Shown: piece by piece, positions 17,707 through 25,547 of the stretch
Position numbering within the stretch: the first letter of the stretch is position 1
Layout: every line of letters begins with the position of its first letter
Source: a virus
Virus record (IMG/VR): IMGVR_UViG_3300044614_001845
Location: 6,689 to 70,688 of that record
Length of the DNA: 64,000 nt
Direction: 5' to 3' (one strand)
Position numbers and translations under genes: made by a program
Notes under the pieces: model-generated
Database searches by the model: none
The model's input: only the letters and a program-made list of their open reading frames with translations
What the model was told of the DNA's origin: nothing

Positions 17707-17890
17707 GGCTGGGTTTGATGGTTTTTTCCCAGCCTTTTACCTCCCTTGCGTTGACACTGCTACTGCTCGGGCCAAGTGGTAGAACAACGGTAATGCGCTG
17801 TAAGAGTTGGGTCTTGTCTAAGAGCAAGGCGGTACCAGCCAGTCATGGCTTCTGGGCCTTGTCAAGGTAAAATGTCAGTAAGTCCAAGAC
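17707..17890 (+). ncRNA. candidate structured non-coding RNA / riboregulator
   Basis: multiple nested and mutually exclusive stems in an intergenic region closed by a terminator (see findings). Confidence 0.5.
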
Positions 17891-17892
17891 TT

Positions 17893-17920
17893 GAAAGCTC
17901 CCGAAAGGGGGCTTTCTTGT
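17893..17920 (+). terminator. intrinsic terminator
   Basis: GAAAGCTCCC-GAAA-GGGGGCTTTC-TTGT. Confidence 0.8.
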
Positions 17921-17946
17921 ATCATGCAGTCGTCAGTGTTTTTGTT

Positions 17947-18501
17947 ATGGCACGCCTGATCGGACTTTACAGTCCCGCCCCTCAATCAGGAAAAACATTT
18001 ACAGCGAATGTCCTAACTCAGTACGGCTATCGCTCAATGAGCTTTGCCGAGCCAATCAAGCGAATGGCAGCTGAGTTCATCATGTCTTTCGGCTACACAA
18101 AAGACCAAGCGCTTCGGTTTGTGTGGGCTGACAAGGAAAAAGAAATCGCAGAGATCAAAACAACAGCACGTTATATTCTTCAAACACTTGGAACGGAGTG
18201 GGGGCGCAAGTGCATATCGAATGAGCTGTGGACTGAGTGCATGATGTATCGAATTGCGTCTTGCTTGAGAGACAAAGATTGCAGTATCGTGATTGACGAT
18301 GTTCGATTTGTTAACGAAGCCGAAACAATCAAAGGAATGGGCGGCGAGATGTGGATGATTATTCGCCCGTCAGCAACAAATTCAACAAAGCACGAATCAG
18401 AAGGCGGACTTGATAAGTGGGAGCACTTTGATCATGTCATCATTAACGATGGAACCATCGCTGACATGCGTAAAAAGGTTGACGAGTGCGCTAAATGCTA
18501 A
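17947..18501 (+). CDS. deoxynucleoside monophosphate kinase
   Basis: P-loop PQSGKT, SFAEPIK, R.ILQ.LGTEWGR, DDVRF.NE, HESE; start moved to ATG 17947. Confidence 0.9.
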   Translation: MARLIGLYSPAPQSGKTFTANVLTQYGYRSMSFAEPIKRMAAEFIMSFGYTKDQALRFVWADKEKEIAEIKTTARYILQTLGTEWGRKCISNELWTECMMYRIASCLRDKDCSIVIDDVRFVNEAETIKGMGGEMWMIIRPSATNSTKHESEGGLDKWEHFDHVIINDGTIADMRKKVDECAKC

Positions 18502-19232
18502 AAGACAGAAGTGACGAATTTTATGGGGCGCGACTTGTAGCTGACGCTCGATTGCACCTAGGCGCCATCGTCAACAACGAAAGCTCAGAAGCTTTCTTCG
18601 TTACAATGTGCAAAATAATCAAGAATGAATTTTATCTTGGCTACAAGACTTTCACGGGTAAAGAGATAAAGCTGTCTGGGATGAAGGATTTCATCTTTAA
18701 TTCAAATTATGGCCTGGGCATAAAACGAGAAACGATGCCAACTTTCTTGGCGAATTGCGCAAAAGCGGCAGTCAAAGACAAGACTCAGGCGCAGTGTGCA
18801 AAAAGATTTGTTAAGTGGCTGGGCGAACAGCACGATAAATACGATCTTCCGCACGAGTATCTTGAATATAGAAGAATTGACGCTTACATCAATGCAAAAT
18901 ACAAGGCAAACAAGCAGGAGAAATGGAGAAGAATAAACCTGCTCACTAGGATTTACAATCAGTACCCAGGGTATTTACAGGAAATAGGCGCAGAAAGAAA
19001 GTACAAGGATATTACAGATTGCGCACAAGACCTTGGCTTTTGGGAAAAGAAAGAACGACTCAAGCCACTTTCCCTCTACAAGCATCCAACTATTTTGCAA
19101 GTAGAGGATCTAGCGAAAGCGCTCAGCAAACGCCTTGACAGAAAGAAGCGTCGTGTTTTAATCGCTAAGCTAATTGAAATCTACAAACAGGAGCCACCTG
19201 TAAGTGACGGCGAATTTGGTGACGACACTTGA
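18495..19232 (+). CDS. hypothetical basic protein
   Basis: 245-aa ORF. Confidence 0.7.
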   Translation: MLKDRSDEFYGARLVADARLHLGAIVNNESSEAFFVTMCKIIKNEFYLGYKTFTGKEIKLSGMKDFIFNSNYGLGIKRETMPTFLANCAKAAVKDKTQAQCAKRFVKWLGEQHDKYDLPHEYLEYRRIDAYINAKYKANKQEKWRRINLLTRIYNQYPGYLQEIGAERKYKDITDCAQDLGFWEKKERLKPLSLYKHPTILQVEDLAKALSKRLDRKKRRVLIAKLIEIYKQEPPVSDGEFGDDT

Positions 19233-19743
19233 ACAGTGCTCCATTCAGTCCTATTCCTTCTTTGTCGCAGGCAAACCTGAAACGCAGGGCTCCAAAAGCG
19301 CTTTTGGGCGTGCCTACACGGACCGGGAAGGGCGTCAGAAAGTCGCAGTTGCAATGGTGGAGCAGTCGAAAGGACTCTATGCCTGGAGGGCCTCTATCGG
19401 GCGAATGGCAACGCTGATGCGCCCAAGAGACTGGCAGACAGATGGCATCTATCTACTGTCAGCATTATTTTGTATGCCCCGCCCCAAAATTCATTTTAAT
19501 AGTAAGGGCGAATTGAAACAAAACGCCCCAGTCTTTCATTCCGTGAAGGGCGATGCAGACAAGCTGTTGAGAGCCTGTGGTGACGCATTGACAAAAATAT
19601 GTTACGATGACGACGCTTTGATTGTCGCCGCCACGTCCATGAAGGTTTTTTGTGACCCACAGGACGGCCCCGGCGCACACATCAAGATCTGTCGTCTGGA
19701 TCAAACAGCAGCGTCAGCAATGATGCTTGCTCTTAAACCCTGA
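19204..19743 (+). CDS. rusA: RusA-like Holliday junction resolvase
   Basis: GKPETQGSK, F.MPRPK.H, DADKLLRA..DAL, DDALIV. Confidence 0.85.
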   Translation: MTANLVTTLEQCSIQSYSFFVAGKPETQGSKSAFGRAYTDREGRQKVAVAMVEQSKGLYAWRASIGRMATLMRPRDWQTDGIYLLSALFCMPRPKIHFNSKGELKQNAPVFHSVKGDADKLLRACGDALTKICYDDDALIVAATSMKVFCDPQDGPGAHIKICRLDQTAASAMMLALKP

Positions 19744-19805
19744 CGACGACTTGTTGCAAGATTGCGCTTCGTGTGCTAACTTGCACAAGTCATCACCACG
19801 CCTTC

Positions 19806-20354
19806 ATGGCACGCAAAAAACAGGACGCGCAAGCTGTCCTAGACCACACCGAACTAGACGCCACCCAAATGCCTACCGAAGCTGCTGTCCTGGAAACTGA
19901 AACCAGCGAAGCCACCAAGTCAAACAAAGTGAAAGTAAGCGGCGAACGCAAAGTCGGCCAAGAGCTGCTTGATTTCGTGCAAGCCAATCAGAGCCTGCCC
20001 CCTGAGGATCTGGCTTTTGGCGCTGGCTACTACACCAAGGAGACCGACTCCGAGACCGGCGAAACCAGCACCCGCCTGCACAAGAACGAGTTCTTCAAGG
20101 CCGTTACCGAAGCCAGCACCGGCATCGCTTTTGTTCCTACAAAGCGTGCCTTCACTGCTCGTCGTGGTCGCGCCCCGATCATCACTGTCGGCAAGACCGG
20201 CAACTGTGTTGTTGGCGCTCGTCATGCAACCATCGCTGGCTTTGCTCCTGGCAGCAAAGTGACCGTGACTGCAGAAGAGGGCAAGATTGTTCTGACTCCC
20301 TGCGGCGACAGCGATTCTGCTGACGAAGGCGCTGACGAAGATCTCGACATCTGA
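19806..20354 (+). CDS. cyanobacterial AbrB-like (cyAbrB) transcription regulator
   Basis: GQELLD...GY...FFKAV.EA..G...TVGKTGN.VVG...PG..V pattern; own promoter TTGCAA-N17-TAACTT at 19754-19782. Confidence 0.75.
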   Translation: MARKKQDAQAVLDHTELDATQMPTEAAVLETETSEATKSNKVKVSGERKVGQELLDFVQANQSLPPEDLAFGAGYYTKETDSETGETSTRLHKNEFFKAVTEASTGIAFVPTKRAFTARRGRAPIITVGKTGNCVVGARHATIAGFAPGSKVTVTAEEGKIVLTPCGDSDSADEGADEDLDI

Positions 20355-20375
20355 TCCTTCCTTCAACACGCAACG

Positions 20376-20402
20376 GCCTCGCCTCGGCGGGGCTTTTCTT
20401 TT
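20376..20402 (+). terminator. intrinsic terminator
   Basis: GCCTCGCC/GGCGGGGC stem followed by TTTTCTTTT. Confidence 0.75.
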
Positions 20403-20414
20403 AACTTCACTCGC

Positions 20415-20825
20415 ATGTCTAACCAAGAAGACACAGCTGGCGTCATTCTCGCTGGCGGAATTGCAATCATTGGTATTGCAATCATTGGCCTAGGAATTTG
20501 GGCCTTGCCGCAAATCGGTGTTTATAACCGCACACTGGCAGGCAAGGCAGCGTTGATGGAAGCCGAAAGCACCAGACAGGTGCGAGTTCTGGAAGCAAAG
20601 GCGAAGAAAGATTCAGCCTCTCTTGAGGCAGAGGCGGAGGTTGAACGCGCCAAAGGTGTCGCAGAGGCTAACAAAATCATTGGCGACTCCCTCAAAGACA
20701 ATCCACGTTACCTTCAATATCTTTACATCACTGGTCTGCAGGAGGGAAGCGAAAAAGGCAATCGCACCATTTATGTCCCCACCGAAGGCGGCCTTCCTAT
20801 TCCTACTCTTGGCATTGAAAAATGA
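20415..20825 (+). CDS. membrane-anchored SPFH/band-7-like coiled-coil protein
   Basis: N-terminal TM helix; AEAEVERAKGVAEANKIIG..L...YLQYL...IYVPTE. Confidence 0.7.
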   Translation: MSNQEDTAGVILAGGIAIIGIAIIGLGIWALPQIGVYNRTLAGKAALMEAESTRQVRVLEAKAKKDSASLEAEAEVERAKGVAEANKIIGDSLKDNPRYLQYLYITGLQEGSEKGNRTIYVPTEGGLPIPTLGIEK

Positions 20826-21223
20826 CATCGCTACAGAAACAGGCGCAACAGTGGAGAGAGGCTTTTGAAGTCAAAAGCGACAACAAAAAGGGCAGCGCTC
20901 AATACAATCTGCAGCTCAACTTAATTGCAGAGGAGTTCACAGAAGTATTTGAGGCGTTCAATCAATTAATACAGGACGACCTTGACACGCATGTGGATTT
21001 ACTGAAAGAACTTGCTGACCTTGTTTTTGTCTGCTATCAGGCGGCTGAAAACATGGGCTGGGATCTTGATGAAACAATGCAACGAGTGTTTGACAGCAAT
21101 ATGAGCAAGCTTGACAATGAAGGCCGTCCGATTCGCAATGAGTCGGGCAAGGTTCTAAAAGGGCCAAATTATCAGCCGCCCAATCTACTCGATTTGGTTC
21201 AAAATGAACAGATCGCCAGCTGA
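20822..21223 (+). CDS. MazG-like NTP pyrophosphohydrolase
   Basis: LIAEEF.E, KELADLVFV, SNMSKL, GKVLKGPNY. Confidence 0.85.
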   Translation: MTSLQKQAQQWREAFEVKSDNKKGSAQYNLQLNLIAEEFTEVFEAFNQLIQDDLDTHVDLLKELADLVFVCYQAAENMGWDLDETMQRVFDSNMSKLDNEGRPIRNESGKVLKGPNYQPPNLLDLVQNEQIAS

Positions 21224-21270
21224 TCTTCTTTGTTTTTTGATTACAGCATTTACCATCGCATTAATTTCTC

Positions 21271-21456
21271 GTGAGATCGTTGTCTATTCAACCAACACCA
21301 AAAACACGGAAGTTCTTCTTCCACTTTCCACTACTCAACATAATTGAGTGTTTCAACGCCCTGTCAGAGGTGGATGCTCGACATCAATTGATCAACAGTC
21401 GCTTCGCTCCCTACTACGGTCAAGCCGTTCTGCTCACGGCGGATGACGGACGCTGA
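21271..21456 (+). CDS. hypothetical protein
   Basis: 61-aa ORF. Confidence 0.45.
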   Translation: MRSLSIQPTPKTRKFFFHFPLLNIIECFNALSEVDARHQLINSRFAPYYGQAVLLTADDGR

Positions 21457-21598
21457 AGCCGATGCCATCATTGATCGGGTCTGGCAGTCGGAGGCTTCTC
21501 TGACGGCTAACCTCAGAGCCCTAGTGCGTGCTGCCGCCTGTTATGGATGGCGGTGCGCCCAGGCTGCTCGCTGGATCGAAAAACACTCAACTCGCTGA
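21443..21598 (+). CDS. small hypothetical protein (not in ORF track)
   Basis: hand translation MTDAEADAIIDRVW... Confidence 0.5.
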   Translation: MTDAEADAIIDRVWQSEASLTANLRALVRAAACYGWRCAQAARWIEKHSTR

Positions 21599-21600
21599 TC

Positions 21601-21750
21601 ATGGTTAATCCGATTGAAGAGCAAAAGCGACAAGATCGCTTAGAAGCCTGGTACGAAAACGACGGGCGGAACGATAAAAATCACCCCATGTACTCTCTTT
21701 ATACGGGACTCGCGGCTAAGTACATGAACAAGGAGCAAGCAGATGCCTGA
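21601..21750 (+). CDS. small hypothetical protein
   Basis: MVNPIEEQKRQDRL...HPM.SLYTGL. Confidence 0.6.
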   Translation: MVNPIEEQKRQDRLEAWYENDGRNDKNHPMYSLYTGLAAKYMNKEQADA

Positions 21751-21901
21751 TTCAATCAACCTGGAAGAACTCTTTCAGCAGTACTGGAAAGATTCTTTCC
21801 CATTTGCGCCCGCGAATAAGCAAAGCGCAGCCTCACACGTCGCTTTTGCTCAGTACGCAATCATGCAAGTAGAGGCATTGCGAAAAGAGAAAGATCAATG
21901 A
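21743..21901 (+). CDS. small hypothetical protein (not in ORF track)
   Basis: MPDSINLEELFQQYWKDSFP...; coupled to dcd. Confidence 0.55.
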   Translation: MPDSINLEELFQQYWKDSFPFAPANKQSAASHVAFAQYAIMQVEALRKEKDQ

Positions 21902-22425
21902 TTTTACATGACGCTGAGATCGAGCGGCTATGCAAAGAAGAGGCAATGATCTTGCCTTATGAGCCAGAGCAGCTCAATCCTGCTAGCTACGACGTGCGAT
22001 TGAGCGATCAGCTCATGATTGAATCAGTCGCAACTCAAGAGTTCATTCGGACGCCTATATCTGGATTCACCAAAGAGAATCCATGGTTGCTGCGTCCAGG
22101 GCAGTTTTGTCTTGGATGCACAGAGGAGCTATTGAACATGCCGGAGGACGTTGCTGGGCAGTTTGCGTTGAAGTCCAGCAGAGGGAGAGAGGGCTACTCT
22201 CATGCTCTCAGCGCCTTCATTGATCCTGGCTTTCACGGAAGCCGTCTAACGCTTGAGTTGCACAACATCAGGCAGGTACATCCGATTCCCTTGTATCCGG
22301 GAATGCTTATCGGGCAGATTGTATTTCAAAAGATGCTCGACACCCCACTTGTTAGCTACAAGCAAAAGGGGCACTATAACTTTAATGCAACTGTAATGCC
22401 TAGTATTTGGGCGCAGTCAAGCTAA
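21898..22425 (+). CDS. dcd: dCTP deaminase
   Basis: LNPASYDVRL, KSSRGREG, IDPGFHG, LTLEL, IGQIVF. Confidence 0.9.
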   Translation: MILHDAEIERLCKEEAMILPYEPEQLNPASYDVRLSDQLMIESVATQEFIRTPISGFTKENPWLLRPGQFCLGCTEELLNMPEDVAGQFALKSSRGREGYSHALSAFIDPGFHGSRLTLELHNIRQVHPIPLYPGMLIGQIVFQKMLDTPLVSYKQKGHYNFNATVMPSIWAQSS

Positions 22426-22656
22426 GTCTTCAAGTATATTCTTGTACTTATCAATAGAGAACTCCTCGCTCATATTTTTGCACGCTTCCATAATTGCCCA
22501 GTGAGCCCTGCTGTTATTAAAAGATGACTGATGATTAAGCAATAAAGCTAAATCAAGAAGTCCTTGGTAGTCTCTGCTCCTGAATAATTCCTTAAGGCGC
22601 TCTGCGTTAAGCCGCTCCTGGAATTGATCTTCGGCGCGATAGCTTGGAGATGACAT
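22417..22656 (-). CDS. hypothetical protein
   Basis: 79-aa ORF. Confidence 0.55.
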   Translation of the reverse strand: MSSPSYRAEDQFQERLNAERLKELFRSRDYQGLLDLALLLNHQSSFNNSRAHWAIMEACKNMSEEFSIDKYKNILEDLA

Positions 22657-22669
22657 TGACGTTCAAGAA

Positions 22670-22870
22670 ATGATTATGACTGAGATTACCGAGCCTTACC
22701 TTGAGGCGCCATGTAAAGAAAATGAGTGGAAGTGGCGCGTTTACGGAATCGGGATGGTGTGGGATCATGCGCAAGAGTGGCAGGCTCGATGGAAGCTCCA
22801 CTACTTACAGGTTTCACGAGGCACAACCACCGACAATGGCCCGCGACGCGACACAGGCTTACCTCAATGA
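22670..22870 (+). CDS. small Trp-rich hypothetical protein
   Basis: WRVYGIGMVWDHAQEWQA. Confidence 0.55.
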   Translation: MIMTEITEPYLEAPCKENEWKWRVYGIGMVWDHAQEWQARWKLHYLQVSRGTTTDNGPRRDTGLPQ

Positions 22871-23723
22871 GATAGGGCGATACCCCCTCCTGACGAAAAC
22901 TCAAGAGGTAATTCTTGGTACGCAGGTGCAGGCTTGGATGAACATAAAAGACAAAGATGAAAATCAATACACAGAAGAAGAGAAGCGCATAGCAAGAATT
23001 GGCAGGCGAGCAAGAGATAAATTCATCAAATGCAATCTTCGTTTAGTTGTAAATGTTGCACGCAAGTATGTCCCAAGATGCAACAGTCTTGACTTGATGG
23101 ATTTAGTGCAGGAAGGAAATGTTGGACTTGCAAGAGCTGTAGAAAAGTTTGACCCAACACGCGGGTATGCGATGAGCACATACGCATACTGGTGGATCAG
23201 GCAGGCGATACAAAGATCAATGCAATTCAGCGATGCAACAATTCGCCTACCAATTGGAATTCACGAATCAGTCATCAAGATCACAAAAACAACAGAGCGA
23301 CTGACAAAAGAGCTTGGGCGCGAGCCAACACTTGAAGAAATATCTATCGAGCTGGAAATTGCCATACCAGAGATCAAAGCAATACTTGATGCGCCAAGAG
23401 CCTCAACGAGCCTGGACAAACAGGCGAACGAATCTGATGGGAGTAGTCCGCTGATAGAACTAATCTCAGACTCCAAGCACTCCAACACGATAGAAGATGC
23501 AGAGCAAAGAATTGCAATTGAGGATGCGTATGCAGCGATAGAAAGTTATCTAGACGAAACCACGCAGTATGTGATCTTTGAACGCATGAAAGATCCGCCG
23601 ACGCCCTGGAAAGAGATCTGCGAGATTACAAAGATGACACGCGGAAGATTGCAACTAATGGAAAAGACTGGTCTACAACGCTGCGCACTCTTGCTGCGCA
23701 TCAAAAATAGATTCGATCTTTAA
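22836..23723 (+). CDS. RNA polymerase sigma70-family factor (group 2-like, lacks region 1.1)
   Basis: YLNEIGRYPLLT, NLRLVV, DLVQEG.VGL.RAVEKFDPTRGY..STYAYWWIRQ; start moved to ATG 22836. Confidence 0.92.
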   Translation: MARDATQAYLNEIGRYPLLTKTQEVILGTQVQAWMNIKDKDENQYTEEEKRIARIGRRARDKFIKCNLRLVVNVARKYVPRCNSLDLMDLVQEGNVGLARAVEKFDPTRGYAMSTYAYWWIRQAIQRSMQFSDATIRLPIGIHESVIKITKTTERLTKELGREPTLEEISIELEIAIPEIKAILDAPRASTSLDKQANESDGSSPLIELISDSKHSNTIEDAEQRIAIEDAYAAIESYLDETTQYVIFERMKDPPTPWKEICEITKMTRGRLQLMEKTGLQRCALLLRIKNRFDL

Positions 23724-24845
23724 TTACTTTGGCTGCGGGCAAGTACCAAGTTTGTAATCAACAAATAAATCATGCGGATCTGAATCTCTCAGCCAGCTGA
23801 CAAGCTTTCGATAGTCCGCTTCATTTGCAATTCCAATGCAACCTGCGGTGCCAGGTGAAGTTCTTGCATTGCTATCAATGTGAATCTCGATAGCACTGCG
23901 TTCAGTCCCCCCAGGCCCCAAATACCTCAGTGGTGTACTCACAGGCCCAAGGCCAGGCCCCCAGCTCCCCGAGTAGTTGTCCTTCCCACTCGCCCACTCA
24001 ATATCTTCAATGCCCCAGCGGCCCTCTGGAAGCGGTTCAAGGCTGCCAGCTCGACTGCGTGCCCCAACTCTGAATTGCTGCGCCCCAGGAGCCCCGGAAA
24101 CCACCAGTAGCGACCCGATTGATTCGCCGCCCTTGATGTACTCAAGCTTGAGTTGCTCAAGCCCACGTGCATCCAGCTTTCCCGTGCGAGTCAGCAGCAG
24201 ATGTGGCTTGGGGGCATTGGCAGGAATCGGACGTGCGCCAACAAAAAGATCAATTTCGTCTTTCCTGCGATTAACAAGTCCCTGTAAGATTTTGCCATCC
24301 GCCTTATTCCAACGTGGCAGCTCTTCAATAACAACTTTTACGGGATCTTCTTTGTTGAACAGTCTTTTGCGCAGAGTGCTTTCTTCTAATGCCCCAAGTC
24401 CAACATTGTAGGCGAAGGAAATAATTGCAGCAGTTTGCTCAGGGCGCCAAGTTTTTGCCATTGGCAGCAAAGCAAAAACACCCGGCGCAAAGAGATTCTC
24501 TACTTCATTTTGAAGCAGCTCTTCTGCCATGTCTTGTGTAATCTTGTCCCCCATTCGCACGGCGCGATCAATGAATCGAGTTGCGCCATATCCAATTGTC
24601 GGAACACCAGCTGGGCACTTATACGCCTCCAGTCTGCAGCCCTCCCATTTCCTGATAAGTCTGAGTGCAGGTGCAAGCCATGCAGGCGCAAGTGGTTGTT
24701 TCTGCAGTGGATCAGCCCGATACAACTCCGCAAACTCCTTCAGCACTTCATCAGAAAGCTTCCCCTGCAGCCAATCCCAAGCTGCAAGTTGATGCGGTAG
24801 TTCCTTGAAATGCTTTGCAGCACTGCGCAGTTGAATTGCACTCAT
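23724..24845 (-). CDS. endolysin: GH24 lysozyme plus C-terminal L,D-transpeptidase/Tlde1-like domain
   Basis: E-x8-C-x5-T (EGCRLEAYKCPAGVPT), GLVNRR; PLPEG...IEIH...GTAGC. Confidence 0.85.
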   Translation of the reverse strand: MSAIQLRSAAKHFKELPHQLAAWDWLQGKLSDEVLKEFAELYRADPLQKQPLAPAWLAPALRLIRKWEGCRLEAYKCPAGVPTIGYGATRFIDRAVRMGDKITQDMAEELLQNEVENLFAPGVFALLPMAKTWRPEQTAAIISFAYNVGLGALEESTLRKRLFNKEDPVKVVIEELPRWNKADGKILQGLVNRRKDEIDLFVGARPIPANAPKPHLLLTRTGKLDARGLEQLKLEYIKGGESIGSLLVVSGAPGAQQFRVGARSRAGSLEPLPEGRWGIEDIEWASGKDNYSGSWGPGLGPVSTPLRYLGPGGTERSAIEIHIDSNARTSPGTAGCIGIANEADYRKLVSWLRDSDPHDLFVDYKLGTCPQPK

Positions 24846-25111
24846 TTGTCGCTCCAGGGTGCTTTGATTTGCATTGCGCCGCCCAATTTGCGACTTTCGC
24901 CCGTCTGCAGAGTGTCGTCGGGCGCTTCATGCAAGACGACTGGCTTCTCTTGTTGTGGTTGAGCTGCCAACCAGTCGGCTTCAGCGCGATCTAAGCGAGG
25001 CTTGAGAGTGGCGTAAAACTTGTGATCCTGTGCTGCCTTGCGCAGGTGATCACGCCATGTCTTGTCGCCGAATCGCGCCAGCCAGACGGTTTCGGCGTTC
25101 AGCGCTTTGGG
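24842..25111 (-). CDS. lysis-cassette ORF, probably expressed as a -1 frameshift extension of the upstream membrane protein
   Basis: no ATG until the last 10 codons; frame entered at CCCAAAG. Confidence 0.6.
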   Translation of the reverse strand, partial: PKALNAETVWLARFGDKTWRDHLRKAAQDHKFYATLKPRLDRAEADWLAAQPQQEKPVVLHEAPDDTLQTGESRKLGGAMQIKAPWSDK

Positions 25112-25236
25112 AAAAGAATCTTGAGCGCTTTTACGATCAACTGCACCCAAGAATTTTCTTTAACAGGAAGCAGCGCGATAATTTCAGAGCCAGCTGCAAT
25201 GATAATTGCGATAACGGCTGCGGTGGTGGGGTCCAT
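25099..25236 (-). CDS. small holin-like membrane protein (45 aa, not in ORF track)
   Basis: MDPTTAAVIAIIIAAGSEIIALLPVKENSWVQLIVKALKILFPKR. Confidence 0.75.
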   Translation of the reverse strand: MDPTTAAVIAIIIAAGSEIIALLPVKENSWVQLIVKALKILFPKR

Positions 25237-25238
25237 GA

Positions 25239-25490
25239 TTAGCAGGAAGGTGGCCTTGCTTCCAGCTTAGAGACTCTTTGCTCAACTGTGTTAAGCCTTT
25301 GAAAAGTTTCTTTTCTGTCTTCTTTAATATCTTGATGAAGGACTTCAAGTTGAGTTGCAATATGCTCTACTGCACTTGTAAGACGAATAACTGCATCTCG
25401 TGCTTCATCGCTTCTACGTGAGAAGCCCATTGCCCCCATCGCTGCAACGGAGATAGACGCGCCAGCCACTGCGGCAAGGACTTCGATCAT
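25239..25490 (-). CDS. TM plus coiled-coil lysis-associated protein
   Basis: hydrophobic N-terminus, heptad C-terminus; first gene of the lysis cassette. Confidence 0.7.
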   Translation of the reverse strand: MIEVLAAVAGASISVAAMGAMGFSRRSDEARDAVIRLTSAVEHIATQLEVLHQDIKEDRKETFQRLNTVEQRVSKLEARPPSC

Positions 25491-25547
25491 GGCAGCAATG
25501 GCTACCCAAGAAGCATAGCGACCAAAAGGCTTAAGAGATAATTGCAG

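Noticed and set aside
17765-17838. tRNA-like fragments (CCAAGTGGTAG ... ACCA)
   Set aside because: No TTCRA T-loop or acceptor stem; a cloverleaf cannot be drawn
17845-17946. N-terminal extension of the kinase ORF (likewise extensions at 4914-4994, 19773-19805, 22701-22835, 62465-62515, 63271-63414)
   Set aside because: Extensions cross promoters, terminators or other genes; downstream ATGs fit family starts better
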